A stretch of 64,000 nucleotides of DNA from Paraphysomonas bandaiensis (GCA_965644295.1 CBFFRP010000363.1:558001-622000), one strand, 5' to 3'; counted from the first letter of the stretch, positions 1-14,652 are shown. Notes: generated by a model from the sequence alone, not told the origin. A program made the numbers and translations.

Positions 1-700
1 CTCGTACGCAGTTTCATCTCATTCGCAGTCTCGACAGTATGAAGTGAGTAGAAGGGATTTGATTGGCTGATTTGTTGGGACCGCATCACTTCACTTCATA
101 TTCACACACAGCAACTCCTCAAACATGCACTATGAATGGGTATATAAGACAGATACAGGCACCACTAGATGCTCTCTATGGTCGTGTTGCGGCGGGGATT
201 TATCTATGCTGTGTTCTACATACGACACAGCTGTATAGTGAGGGGAAATCGGACCATACTAAGCTACTATCTAACCACACCTACAACCACGAGCATACCT
301 ATGGAGGCGTAGCAGCATACCCATCACAAATGAAGGTGGCGGTAATGTGATGTGGTGTTATTTGTGCGGTATGGTTCATAGAGTTGATGCTTCCAGAGTA
401 CACTCCACAGATGCATGTCGAGAGTCGTACTGTATACATGCGTATACCACTGTATAGAAAATGAACGCTGTTCTAAAGTAACTGCCGTGTGTATATCAGT
501 ACACTACAACGTAGTACGTTCCTACAGCAGTGCTACGGGCTACAGAGCATCTGATGATACGCAATAATACTGCTATCAACGCACTGCCAATGCAGCAGTG
601 GGCCGGAGCATGCATAGAGTCCGGCATAAGCGACTGTGACAACAACAACTGAACACCTGCTCACTTTGCAGCTACATATTCGCTTATATCAACCTGTAAA

Positions 701-1162
701 ATGACGTCAGATGAAGAACAGGAGGTAGGTGTTAGTGGTGTATTACTCTCGTCCTCAGAACGTGCATCAGGTGCGATGGGAAGACCAGGAAAAAATCAAC
801 GAGTTTGGTAAACTAAATAACAGACTGATTGAATTACGGGCAGATATTAAACAGATCAAAGAAGACATAGAAAAACTAGATGATGCATCATCTGAAGTGA
901 TGATGGCAGCTGAACCAGAATTTATGGTACTGATGGGGGAAGCTTTTGTCGAGTGTGACGAAGACTTTATCACTGATTACTGCGAGAAGAAAACAGAGGT
1001 ATCAGAAAAGAGCATATATATTCCGTTTAATGCGTTGTGAAGATGCTAAATACAAGATTAGAGAGCTTAAATGAGGAAGAATCCTCGATTTTGGCCAGAC
1101 AAAAGGAGTTGAAAACTGAACTCTACTCGCGATTCGGAAGTTCCATCAATTTGGAGACATAA
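701..1162 (+). CDS. PFDN4: Prefoldin subunit 4 (3 exons: 701-724, 771-998, 1043-1162)
   Basis: Spliced product MTSDEEQE-VRWEDQEKINEFGKLN...LMGEAF...LKTELYSRFGSSINLET*; N- and C-terminal motifs typical of PFDN4/Gim3; GT-AG introns of 46 and 44 nt. Confidence 0.93.
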
Positions 1163-2931
1163 GTTGTTTTTTGTCCAATATGAATCTACCGCGCAGATTT
1201 CGTGTGATTTACACTCGAGTAACATAATTATCATAAGGCATCATAATGCTAGTAAATCGTTTTTGCTCTTAGATGTGTGAATAAGACTCGTAGTTATGAA
1301 ATCGAGGATATTGTAGACAAACGTAACAATAAAGCCTTCTAATGTTTACTTTGGTCTAAAGCAGAGCAAATACCTGGTCAAGGGGTTGAAAATCTAGTCA
1401 TTAAATGATTCATATTTTCAGTTTAGGTGCTTGTGGTATTCATAACCCTAACCCATTTTATGGATTTCTATATATCAGGTGATGACGTTATATTACGATA
1501 CCCCTTGGGTACATTTGCTATTGCCACTCCCGGTTGGAGTCAGTATCCTAAATAGTGATGTAAAGATTCTTCTCAAAAACGCATCGCCCTATACGTGTGG
1601 TATGATTTGTTATGCTGTATGATATGGTATACATTGTGCAATTGAAGAATGTTAGTATTGTGCAATACGTGAAACGAACTCATAGAAGAAAGAGTGAATA
1701 TAGTTAAGAAGGAAGTGGGGTTGAATAGACATTCTGTGTTTCTGCAATACATACTATATACTGTTGGCCCAATGACCAATATATTGCATTGTTAAAATAT
1801 AATCTTACATTTATTGCGAGATAATCAAATTAAGACTACATACACCTTAGCAATTTAGACTTTCCTCATACTCAATCTCTCATCCATCGTCAGTATCGTC
1901 GTCATCACCACGTTCTAACTTAATTGAAATATGTATAATGTATACATCTGGTCACAAATGTCGAATGGATTTCAGAAACAACATCATAAAGTGTAGCAGT
2001 ATTAGCTCAGATAAAAGTATTGCAAGTACAGACTGTATGACTCGTTCCCATGTGCTTAGATATATCAACTCTTCGTTTCTTGTTTTTCTGATATTGGGTA
2101 GGCATCAGAATTATATATAGCAATTATCCACAACACTATCAGATGTGTATACTCTTATATTTTTCATGCCCCATAGTAACTAAGTGTTCTACAATTTTCT
2201 CGCTGAACGCTGACGGCCCGCAAATGCCAATGTATTGGCACTCCTTCGTTCGAATATCACGCATGTCGATTGAATTATTTTCTCCGCATGGCCAATGTCA
2301 ACTTTATTGTCGACTTCATCATCAGTACTATGTCCTAACTTAAAACGCAAAGGCAAGCATTTGAGCAACTACACTGCTTTCGTTATCAATATTCTGTATC
2401 AGTGTCATAGAATTAAATACATGTTCTAATTGTCGTCTGTATCATATATAGTGCTATGTTTATGTTACTGCTTCAACCATGTGAGTTCACGATGTTGTGA
2501 TGATGGTGTCTGTTGTGTATGTCTAGATGTCGCTCGTTGTCTTTGATGTTCAGCATATCCGTATGGATATTCACCTCCTCTATTATTGGGGTAAAACGCA
2601 TGATATTATATTGACCTTTCTCCCGCTGTACACCGGTACACCAACACTCTTGCTGTACAAGGTACAAAGCGTATTGATGATGGGGTACACGGAAATCTAT
2701 ATCATCACACACAGTGGTGGTGGTGGTGGTGCTATGCGTATGCTGCACATACAGCTGTGTATACAGCAGGGGAGTGTATAGCACAAGTAGGAATTCCTAC
2801 TCTTATACCTTCCATGGTGTACGTACCATACCGTTTCCTGAGGCATGCGACATATATGCAGCAATAACACGAAGGAGCGCACAACTCGTGAACTACACAT
2901 ATAGTTAGGTGTTCCGCATCACAATTCTCTC

Positions 2932-3848
2932 ATGCTTGGACTGTTTCTCTCTCTTTCGCTCCCTCTAGCCATGGCGGGCTACGATTGGACCACTGGCAAC
3001 CTCTGTCTGTGGCACTCTGAGGCCGCCTACTGTGACCCCAGCAGGTGCAGTACACCACACACACACATTTGCTGTTGTAATCATATCTCGCAGCTATCTA
3101 ACTCGCACATGGAAGGGCGAGCTGTCTGGATTTACTCCTGTCTACTCCATCAACGACACCAAGCACGACACGCAGGGATATGTAGGTTACACCTCCAGTC
3201 AGGAGGCCATATATGTCTCCTTCAGAGGCTCCTCATCTATTCAGAATTGGGCTGATAACCTTGATGTGAGACTGACTACATATCCTAGCTGCAGCAAATG
3301 TGAGGTTCATGAGGGATTTTACCAAGCCGAACAGTCCTGCTTCCCTGGAGTGCTGGACCAGGTTCGGCAACTAAAGGAGAAGTTCCCATCATATACCGTC
3401 ATTGTCACTGGACACAGCCTTGGTTAGTTGCTATGTTATCATTGTGTGTACTACTATGGGATAAATTATGATCATCTATGTAGGAGCTGCGCTGGCTACT
3501 CTCACCGCTACTGATCTGGTAAATAGTGGTATCTCCCCGGTGCGCATGTTTAACTTCGGCTCTCCTCGTGTTGGCAATGACGAGCTATCTGTGTACCTGT
3601 CTGATACTGTTCCGGATCACTCCCGTGTGACACACCACAAGGACATGGTTGTACACATCCCCATGCATGAGCGATTCAGACACATTTCTCATGAATGGTA
3701 CCAGCCCGAGGACGATATAGAGCTTAATGAATGCTCTGGTTATGAGGACTCTACCTGCTCCTATCAGTGGCACAAAACCAATGTAGACGACCATCTTCTA
3801 TACTTGGGTGTTGTCATGGGAGGAGATGGATGTGGGGCCATCCTCTAA
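2932..3848 (+). CDS. Secreted class 3 triacylglycerol lipase (3 exons)
   Basis: Signal peptide; YVSFRGS, VHEGF, VTGHSLG/AA nucleophile elbow split by an intron, FGSPRVGN, D(MV)VH and C-terminal DH(LLY) catalytic residues. Confidence 0.92.
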
Positions 3849-4385
3849 GCTATTGATGTTGTTATTTCTCCGCCGTTTACAGTGCATTATATTCAGTATA
3901 AAAACACTATATTCACGGTTTAGGCATTACGTGGTGTATTGAAGTTATATGCCAAATCGACAATACTGATGCAACGTGTGTATTGGAAATCATCATCACA
4001 GTATTGTTGAAGTGCCCGTAGCTATAAAACCTGCTGGTATGTAAATCATGTGACAAGGATACCAAATTAAAAAGATAAGTTATATCCAGTTTAAAAACCT
4101 GGCATTGCACTAGACCATTCAGATTGGCGGACTAGCATTCCATTCACTTTGTAGTCGTATTCTTTTTGTAATTTTATGAGTGCAAACCGCTCTGCTACAC
4201 ACACACTATACACCGAATAATTGTGTGTGTCTGCAAGGTTAATAGCGTTTCAGTTAATTGTATCTCTAACTTGCTACGTGTAAGCTGCAACTTCTGCAAT
4301 ATATATATTTCAGTGGAGGCTATAGTAAATTATATATTCTCCTAAGATAAACTAGAAAACAACTTATCACATTAATTTAACTTTA

Positions 4386-4737
4386 TGTTAGAATTGGACA
4401 TTTCAATGAAGTTGACTTTGCACTTTGCTCTACACTTTAACCTTAATCTTGCTATGTTGAACACAATGCACTTTCAAGTAAGAAATTAGAATTATTATTC
4501 TGAACACATCACTACATATTCGTGTAACATATGTTGAAACATCTGTTCTCAGCAACATTTGTTTATGATATGTTCATCAGTCAGTTCTATATCTTGTATA
4601 GTCACACATCAGTAACTGAATTTAATTCCTTTGTACCTATAATCACCTGTTACACCCATATGTTGATTTCACTATTGCACACTCTTAACTCACTTCAATT
4701 GCACAATATATATCACACATATTGCAGAACTCAACAC
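4386..4737 (+). repeat. Dispersed repeat family A, copy 1 (about 350 bp, non-coding)
   Basis: Shares cactttcaagtaagaaatta...catctgttctcagcaacat...cacttcaattgcacaatatatatcaca...gcagaactcaaca with 40165-40485 and 58698-59113. Confidence 0.85.
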
Positions 4738-5259
4738 TCCCACTCAATTGGATGTAGTTAACCATACTAAAATTCGTGAAGAACATTGCTATCGGATACG
4801 CAACCACCGAACCTCATAGGACACTGGTGGACGTATGACTCCGCTTGTGTAGCTAGCTCCTAGCTCCCACCATTCATGCACACCTAACTAGTTACGACGA
4901 GCTCTCTTTACCTTGGGTACCTCTGCGATAATTTGTTCAGTAGTCTTAAATTTTCCCCAAGATTTCGCTCCCTCTGTTCAATGAATATTGGACCACATAA
5001 AGCCTTGGTATATATATAGCCATCTGTTGTCGGCTGCTCACATGAATTAATTTCGCTGTATTAAACTGTTCGGGATCCACATGCTCTCTAATCATATGAT
5101 ACTTAAGCTCAATTAACGAGAACTATCGTCTCTAGACACTATATGTTAATACTTCAGCGGAAATAATAAATTAATTAACGGAGTGTTGTGTTTCCTGAGT
5201 TTAGTTATATTTACTAAAAAGGTTAACGATGTCAGTTTTTCAATATCCGAGCACAGCTA

Positions 5260-6702
5260 TTATAAGAATGTCGCTGCTAATGGAAGTCTATTTAGCCCAA
5301 CAGTGACCTGAAAATAAACATAACTCATACCAAACACCTTCGCGACAGATTCATACCTTCAGTACTGGTGCTGGAGCTGTGTACCCATCGCTCTGAATTA
5401 TATCTCGCCTCTCAGGTCCAGATGTCAGTAAATTCGGTAAGTACTGTCTATAGGCTGGCATAAATCGGTCTACAAAATCTCGAACCTAATGGATCAACGA
5501 TATAATAAGGTAAGGCTCAATAAATAACACATAACATCGTTGTTCTCAGTAAAAAACATTGCGCAGCACCTGGTCATCAGTCATTGAGTTAAGTCCCCTG
5601 TCTCTCATAGCTTCCTCTTGCTGCTGGCGCCACTGATAGACGTACTGAAGCTTCTCCGCCTCTATCACTAACCATGCATGAGGCAACATATGGAGGTCTC
5701 TATAACCGGACAAGTATCTGTTCACATCCTAATGCTAAAAGTAAAGAATATGGAAACGAAGTAGATATACATCACCTGTAGATGAGATGTATCATTTCCA
5801 GTGAGCTCACGATCGGCCAGGAAAGTGAAGCCCAACATCCACCCCTCAAGTAATACAATATCAACAGGCTCTGTATTATTATGTGTAAGCACATAGAAAT
5901 AATGAACACAACACTAGCATACCAGTGACAACAGGCCAAGTGTCAGGGGGCGCCCTATCCCCACGGCCCTGTCTTAGAGACTTGTCGTACCTGCTCACAT
6001 ATATACACAAGTTACACACAGTTTCAAACATTCCGATGCGAGGTATATCACACTCCATACATACCTTGGAAGAGGAACCGAAGCAGTACTATCGGGTCCT
6101 CGTTTCAAATTTAGCAGTGCATCCAAAGTCTGCATCGCAAGTGGAATGTCATGACTTCCAGCTAAACCACAAGTCTTAAGTGTTACTTATGTGTAAAAGA
6201 AACGAACTACATACCGTTGCCTCTGTACCGCAGCAGCGGATTGGTTGGATACTCTGCCGCTGTTGCTTCCTGCTTCTCCGCTGTCAAATAGAAGTCGTCC
6301 AGAGATAACACGGCCACCCTCTTGCCTATGATAGAAAATAGACTTTGTAAGTGCGACGTCAGTGTGGTCTTTCCGCAGCCCTGAATACAGAGGGAGTCGC
6401 CTGTTACAGCATCAACAATAAACACCCTGCTGTCTAACCTGCGGGGCGGATATGCCCACCACCAGAGGACGCTCCACAGGGCTGAGCTTCTCTTCCGCAT
6501 GTCGAATGTAGGTAAACACAGGCATATAGTAGTCGTGTACCCTCCTCTGAGTTATAGTGCTGTCACTCCCACGCTCACATGACAGCTGCTCACAGATACA
6601 GGCCGACACGCGGTCGTACTCCTCCTGCTGCAGCGTTATGCCACGACCACTCAATGCGCTCTGCAGTACACCTCTTGTCATTGAAGCAGGCATTCGTCTC
6701 AT
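5260..6702 (-). CDS. GLYK: D-glycerate 3-kinase (GLYK/Tda10-type P-loop kinase), multi-exon; start approximate
   Basis: GISAPQ/GCGKTT P-loop across an intron, SLDDFYLT, LLRYRGN, YDKSLRQGRGDR, LLEGWMLGF, YQWRQQQE, FVDRFMPAY read on the minus strand. Confidence 0.88.
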
Positions 6703-7147
6703 GGATGTGAGTGAGGCTGTCAATCAACACTCTGATCCTTCGCTGGAAGAACCTCCTTACTGCAAGTACAAATACAGCAGTGCATCAGTACATCAGTACA
6801 TCAGTATATCAGTACATCAGTTTTTACAACAGTACAACTACTCCAGTTCGCTGTACCCCGCTGTACCACTGTACCACTCTGTACCTATACATAGCAGACT
6901 GCAGCAGTACATCACAATATTCCAAAAAAAGTGCACCCAAGCGCTCCAATAGAGTGGAGTGCAGTGGTTGTACTGGAGTATACCGTACTCTATAGTGCTG
7001 TACACAGGTACACGCTGTTGTATGATATGTGTGCAGTGTGCTATAGGCATTAGGCTGTTGGATAGAAGAGATAGAGGGCTGTACAGACAATCCCTTCGCC
7101 TCCTTGTGTCTCTTATCATTGAAAGAGTCAAAAGACCAGACTGCTCC

Positions 7148-8752
7148 ATGCGGATGAGTGTGAGAGTGGTGATGATGATGGCGTGTATGAGTGTGATGTC
7201 CTCTCGAGAACCGCTCGCAGGCCCCCACACAGACAGAGACAGAAGCAGAGACTCTGAGCCGAATCCCATGAGTCAACAACTGCCTGATTGCCGTCAGTCG
7301 TATGAGAGGGTGGTAAAGAAGACCCCTAAGAGGGCTATGGCGTGTCCGATGTTTCGTGATGAGGAGGGCTTCCTCGCTGAGTGGATAGCATACCATCAGA
7401 TGCACGGCTTCGACCACATCATACTGTTTGATCACGGCAGCACAGACAACTACAGGGAGGAGGTCCAGCCGTGGATTGACTCAGGTGAGTGTGCTGGTTC
7501 ATCGTATGGTTGTGAGGCTTGATATTATGAAAAAGGGTTTGCAACTGTCATAACGAGTTCGAATTGGAGTTATGTACTTGGAGACACCCCTACCCCTGTA
7601 CCAGCTGGAGACGGGCGCAGACTCAGTGCATTCAAGAAAATGATGTATCTCAAAGTATGATCTCATAACCTTTCAGAGTATATATGTAGTCGTAATGCGT
7701 CGCGTCATCCCCTGTGGGTGTAGGTGAGGCTGGAGAACTATTGCAAAGCTGAGGCAGTCAGAATGGGGTATGACTTCTTTGTATCGCTTGATTTAGACGA
7801 GTACTTGGTGCCGCTTAGTAGTGATTTAACTGCAGTAGATGAACTCGAGAAATTCTTTACCTCCACTCAACGGAATATACTCCCCTTGAAAAAGTTCAAC
7901 TACCAGTCTACACCGCACTTACTAGAACCTGTAAATCTACTCACTATTGAAGCCTACCATGTATGTGTCTGTTGCTTCAAAATCGAAGTATATATTTCTC
8001 TATTTCTTTACCTAAATGATGTGTCTGAAGAATCGAATGAGCCGTCCAAATGCTATGACTTACTTCAAGTCGGTGTCAGACAAGGTGGCCTTCAATTTGA
8101 AAGGAGCTAATTTCACTGACAACACTCAAAAGTTTATTGCAGAGTAAGATCCATTTTGCTGCCTTTGTTTTGTGACTTGTCACAGGTGCTGTAATTTCCA
8201 TGGATGTCCACACAAACCACGGAACGGCTTCTGTGGCGCCAACGCTCAGGAGCTACACAAGATATTTCGGCGGGGTGGACCCTGGTACGAAGGTGTCGTT
8301 ATCAATCACTACGGGCGTAGCCTTGAAAAGTATGGGCTAAAGGCGAAGACGTGGGAAACAGCCACTGGAGAAGACGCTAAGGGGTATAATGTAGAGAACT
8401 TTTTGGACAGAAATGTGGGTAGGCATCTCGATAGGAGAGCGCTAAAGTACGGATGCCAGCTGCGAGAGATTCTGGCGACATATGGTGCGTACATGAAAAG
8501 GAAGTTCTTTACATTTCCGTCTGTTATATGTTGATTGTGTGTAACATGGAGATGCCAGGCTTTAGGCCATTTCTTAGACCCGGAGATAGGTGGATGAGGA
8601 ACGTAGAGTTTGGTCGTCCGATGGTTGACCCTCACAAGGGTAAACGGCTTGGTGTCCCCATAGAGCCTGGGTTTTCAGTGAAGCAAAACTTCAAGGATCA
8701 CTATTTCGGATACTACACTAGTTTACAGGAGTATAAGTTGTCAAAGTCATAG
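7148..8752 (+). CDS. Glycosyltransferase of GT92/DUF23 or GT2-like type, multi-exon; start approximate
   Basis: MFRDEEGFLAEWIAYHQMHGFDHIILFDHGSTDN and the DLDEY DxD motif; hydrophobic N-terminus; exons linked by GT-AG introns. Confidence 0.75.
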
Positions 8753-9554
8753 TATATAAACTATTATTTTGTCTGATGGTTTTAATATTAGGAATATCTG
8801 TCAATTTTGTTGAAAAGAATAAATGATGTTTTCTGCCTGTGGGAAAATTCGATGGTGGAATTTCTTCTGTGGGTTACTAATATAACATAAAATATGTGTG
8901 TACGATATTTGGAATATGCACACGTGTTTTAACAATATGCGCCCCCCGCTAAATTATGCCGGTCATCACCATTACTGTGCTTGTCACTAACAAACCTTTT
9001 TGATGAAAAAATACTTTGGTTGTCTCTTTATAGAATGGTAGTGTAAAGAGTCGTTATGAGAAAATCCTGTAGTGCATTCAAGATCGAAGTTTTTCCTGTA
9101 TTACTGACAAAGTAAATTGTTATGGTATGATGGAAAATAGTGCGGGGATCAGAAGAGTATGTAATATATGTACTACTAATAATGAGAGTGGTATAGACAT
9201 GTGACGTAGTATGTCGTAATATAGAGTAATGAAAGAAGTAATGTGGACTACAAAATAACTGCTGAGTTTAGCATTCCAAATATCATGCTACTTTTGTGAT
9301 CTGTGCACACACAAACAAGTTTAATTAAGTTTCAATGCGCTTTTGAAAGTATACAAACACCATATCCAGCAAAAACTCGGCAAACGAAGTTTAAAAACAT
9401 TGAAGTCACACCTCGAGTACAATGCCAAATCGATTAATTTTAATTTCTTCGGTAATACAAACTATTAAAATCGACAGTACTTGTATACCGCTTCGCTGTT
9501 GCAACTCTCAAATCAGAATGACACAACAATGTCACTCACAAGTAAAAAATACAC

Positions 9555-12500
9555 TCACAAAAATCCTTTTTCGAACAAATCAACAACGATTTCCTCTTTA
9601 TCAACAGAGTCATACTGTGGCTGCGACTCCATATCATGCACAGCAGCAGCTTTGAGGGGGGTATTGGGCACGTTGCCGCTGATATATTTCAATGATGATG
9701 GCTGATGGTCTACCGGAATAGCACTGTTTTGAAATTGAGGATGCGAACAAGTAATACGACTTGACGCTGGCGTAGCTACTGGGGCACATGATAGGCTACT
9801 GCTGGCATGAGGAGATATGCCACAGTCGAGTTGACCCACGCATGGTGCTGTCGCAGCATGACTGAAAGACTGGCACTGCTGCATAGGGGCAGGGTAGTAC
9901 GACTGTGGAGGATACTGACTGTACAGCGTGTCGTAAACAGGCTGGCCAGGGAGTGCACTTGGTGGAGGATAAGAGTACGGTGAGGGGTATGCATAGCACA
10001 TTGACTCAAATATGCTTCCTGGGTGGCTCGGAAAGAAGCCAGGTGTGTGAGGGTGTGAAGTATCATGGGATAACATAGGGCCACTATGGTGTACAGAAGG
10101 CACCGGTTGTGATGAAACACGGTCTACATATCCAGTGGCCCCGCTGGTTGATCTTGATCTCAGCCTCACTATTGGTGCCTGTTCTAAATTCAACTCTGCA
10201 GCCTTGCTTCTCATCAAGTGAAGGGGACCTGTCGGTGCGCTGCTATATCTCGATTGTTGTGCAACAGGAACTTCTGGAGACACGGGGCGTGGGTCTTTAG
10301 TTGGGGGCGCGGGATACGATGACGCGTACGCCTCACAGCGATGGGCACCTGAGGAAAGGGCAGCTAAACGTCTAGGAGATGCTTTTTTGAATCGACCATT
10401 GGTAGAATCAGAAATAGTTTCATCGCCCCTATCTCTAAGTGGCTTGTACTCGAACATTCCAAAGTCACTTTTCTTGCTAGCCTTGTCAGTGGTTTGAGCA
10501 GGTGGACTCCTTCTGCGCCCACGCTTACGACTACTAGGCGTACTGGCCACGTTTGAAGAAAAATAGCTCTTCTCGAGCTGACTCTGCCTCGTAGTCCGCT
10601 TCTTGCCACTTTGCGTAGAAACGACTTCACTGGATGATGGATTTTCAAAACTCGTGGGCGTCGTAAAAGGTTCATTTGATTCAGTGGTTTGTAGTGGCTC
10701 GGATGTTTCACTATTTTCAGCAAAGGATGTGGAATAGTCCAGTCCAACCATGCTATCACATATCAAAGAAACCGTTGCGTTTTTGTCGCTCACGCCATCA
10801 TTACCAAGCGGAACAGTGAAAACTTGACTCTGCAATGATGACGTGAACTTTCTGTACAAAAACAATTTCCCTGTGCCCAACTCATAGCATATGAGGTGAA
10901 AAGTCATGGACTGGAAGTTTTGTTCTACCTCTTGCCTCTGTACAGCCGACATATGGTGTTGTTTATCTTTTAAACTTTGTACTTTAATTGCAAGACATGT
11001 ACTATCCTCTCTACCAGATAGTGAAATATCAGCCGTCACTTTTGAGAGACGAAGCATCTTCCCGAATTGTATAACCTTTTGTGCGTCGCCAGTGGAACAG
11101 CGCAACTCTCTCTGAAGTTCTCGTGCAGTCAACTTCAGTACATCGTTAACGGATGCTAGTCCTGCTTCCACAAACCTTGGTACAATAGCTGGGGCAATAC
11201 CACTGCAAAGTTCAAATAAACTTCTGTCATCTCTCACACTTTCCCACATTTGAAGGTTTAGAGCGCGCTTCAAAAAAACAGAAGATTCCAAAAGTTTGCC
11301 TTTATTTCGCTCTATTGCGTTGTCCTGTAGTGCCGATAACACACGTAGAAACTGCTCCACTAGTTCAGACTGCTCCACCCGGAGTGAAAAATCATTTATA
11401 TGTATCTTATCAACGGCAGTCAAAAGCAGGACATACGCCTTATGCCTTGGCTCTTGCACACGAATCTTCAATGGATATCTCACTCCCCGCATCATATCAT
11501 TGAGAGTTTTCTTTTCATTGCGTCTTACAGGCTTTGACATCTCGCTACATCCACACACTTCTACCACAATCTGATCAATCAATATTAGATCAAATAAATA
11601 AGTGTGTAAAGATTGTCGTAATCAATATTACGTACTAGTTATATAAAAGATACAACACACACTGAGGTGTAGCGACATATCGTAGAGTCGCGTACATTAT
11701 GCATGGTACACGCCGGGTCAAGGTGCATAATTACGCGCATAGTAGAAAGTCTAATCATACTCCGAGTCATGTGATGAGCTTCGGGAAGGGCAAGCACGGT
11801 GTAATCCTGCTGATTAAATTCAACGACTCCGGCAGCCGCCATATCCTCCATCGCACTGAAACACAGTAACATATATAATTTACACTGAATGTGTATTGCA
11901 AGCAATACGATATACATTGTGTCCTTTAATATAAATTACCGAATACAAGTTTGCATGAGCTCATCATCAATCTGGTGTTGGTCTGTGGAAGAATATCCGT
12001 AGCGCTTGGGGTGTGCGTGAACACTATTACACAAGTCTCAATGGATAAGTGAAATAATAACAACATGGTGACCGTATGTAGAAAAACGTATTGCGCAGCC
12101 AAGATATGGCATCACTCGCATCTTGAACAACTGTCTGAGTGATCTCTGCACACAAAGCTGAACATGAAGTTAGACCACTCCAGGTAAATATAAAACAGTA
12201 TTCTATACTAGAACAGCACATGTCTTGTGTCAACAATCATAGCATGCATAATATTATGACCCGCAAACAAACCCAGAAGGAGAGAGCATAATATTACATC
12301 TTTCATAACACGGAATGAAATATACCTTCCACGAATATGCTTTTCAAGGTGGACTCAATAACGTCTAGGGTAAGATCAGAGTAGAATTCTTTGTCCTGGT
12401 TAGATGTCATGATGACAGCCACTCCCTCGGTGTCGAACCCAGGTCTGCCCGCCCGACCAGTCATTTGCAAAAGCATGCTCTTCGACATTTTTTCGTATCC

Positions 12501-14150
12501 TCTACTCCCCCCACGCCACTGGTTTGTGCCTGGTGGTATATTCATACAGGCACACCAACTTGTCGTACTTCAACCAACAGCATCGCACATCACCTTTGAT
12601 TACGACTAGATGTGCTGGCAAGTTGACTCCATGCGCGAGGGTAGATGTGGTACATAGAACACGTATGGTACCTTCAATATAGAAGCGCTCAACAAGCGCA
12701 CGGTCTTCAGAGAGAAGTCCTGTAGAGTATATACCATGACCACCGGTTGAAACGACGGACTTCCGGACTACAATGAAAATCTCATACCTGCATGATGGTA
12801 CCCATGACCCTGTCTAAGGAGATTTCGCAGTTTCGCATCTTCAATTTGATTGACCTCAGGACCCACAGAAGATCCCGTACGTGGAATTGATTTGGACAGC
12901 CGAGTGCTAAGTGTCTCACAGCCATTCTTGCTCGAACAAAATACTATCACTGGTTTACCGTCCCCATACCTAGAAGATAACAAAATATTACGCGACTAGA
13001 GTCAATTGGCATTAACAAACGTTTTTATTACTCCTTCTACTTTGTCATCCAAGCTCTTTTCGAAAAGGAAAGGGTTATTCGCGTTGCCAAATGCTGTGTT
13101 AACGAGTAATGCATGTATGCGAAGGTAAATGAGCTCACATAGAGTACGTAGTGTAAGCGGAACTGGTCGAAAAGAATCGTCAAAGTAGTGAATTCCCTGC
13201 GTTGCATATCATATAGCCCTCTGAAATATCACTTTCAAGGTCATGGAGACTATTACCTCCGGTCTGCAACGGAGCCATTCACCCACATCGGAAACATTGG
13301 GGAGGACTGCGCTGAGAGCTAATACTCTGGTTCTGAAGTCGTGAAGCCCAGCAAGAAGTATTAGTCACACAAAATGGTATCACAGCTGGTACCTTTTTTT
13401 CTGTGCTAAAGCTGGTGCACGTTGAAGGTATATGTCGTTCAGCGAGCGCATGCGTACTACAACAGTCTCTAAAGTCGCCCCTCGTTCGTCGCCCAGGTGG
13501 TGGACCTCGTCCACCAGTCTAAAGGCAGATTAGACGTGTACCCCATGTAAAAGCACTCACAGTAAGTCTATGGAACCTAGAAGAAACACATGGTTCCGCC
13601 AGGATCGTGTCAATGAGTCCCACTTCTCAGGCTACATACCCTTACCTCTCGACACAATAGACAAGCACTTACCGTGGTAATAATAATTGTTGATTTGGCT
13701 ACAAGACGCATGCTATTGTCAATCGTATCGCCAGTAATTTCAATGACTCTGAAAACGGATCAATCCATTAAAAAAAATAGTGTAAAGCGCACTTAGCCCC
13801 AAGAGATCCAAAGGAGCGATTCCATTCCTGCGTTTTTTGCTGGCACAACGCTTTATTCGGAGCGATATAGACACACTTAAAGTCAAAGCTTTGAGTTTTG
13901 CAGTAAAGTCTGATTATGGCCAGCTCGAAAATAACGGTCTTGCCTGATCCTGTGGGGGCGGCTACTGTCAGGTTCTCCTGATGCAGAATGAGTCACAGCC
14001 AATGAGTTGAATGCGTACATCTGTTTTCATGACTTGATCGAACATGGCGCTCTGCATATCGTTGAAGCGATCAAAGCCACTAAACACGCAACGGAACTTC
14101 TCCGGAACCACCTCACCCACCCTATATCCCCCGCACTCTCCAGATTCCAT
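9555..14150 (-). CDS. MER3: Meiotic Ski2-like DEXH DNA helicase MER3/HFM1 with Sec63 domain and low-complexity tail; start approximate
   Basis: FNDMQS Q motif, APTGSGKTVIFELAI, DEVHHLGDERGATLE, RPVPL, FCSSKNGCE, YHHAG, TSTLAHGVNLPAHLVVIK, QMTGRAGRPGFD; single helicase cassette plus Sec63-like region. Confidence 0.85.
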
Positions 14151-14576
14151 GTGAAAGATCGAGATCTATGTAAGGTAACTCTGTTAATGCAAGTGCTCGT
14201 CATACGCTGCATTAATAGAGCTATCTACTGACATGTCACACCATACGAACAGTACAGTACAGTGCAGTGCAGTATACTATACGCCTCACAGCCTCTAAAT
14301 TGAAGTCTAGAAGTCAGAAAACGAAGTGAGAAAAAGAAGTGAGAGGGGCTCACTTCGAAGTGACTGACTGATAGATCTGCGTACATAACCCACAGCAAAC
14401 CATCTTCTTACACGGTAGCTGTAATCTCTGTGATACCTCCGCTCTGCACCTAGATACCTTCTCCAGCTAGCATATCTACAGTATCTATACCTCATGATGA
14501 GGTGTGGTCTGCAGAGTATATTTCGGCAGTATTATGGGCACAGTTCAACACAGCAACCAAAACACTCTGCTGGTTG

Positions 14577-14652
14577 CAGAATACCGGAATACAGAATACC
14601 GGAATGGAGTCACAGTCGCAGCTTCCAAGAATACCATGGAATACCAGGAATG
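14577..14652 (+). repeat. Short degenerate (G)GAATAC tandem repeat
   Basis: gaataccggaatacagaataccggaatgg...gaataccatggaataccaggaatg. Confidence 0.6.
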
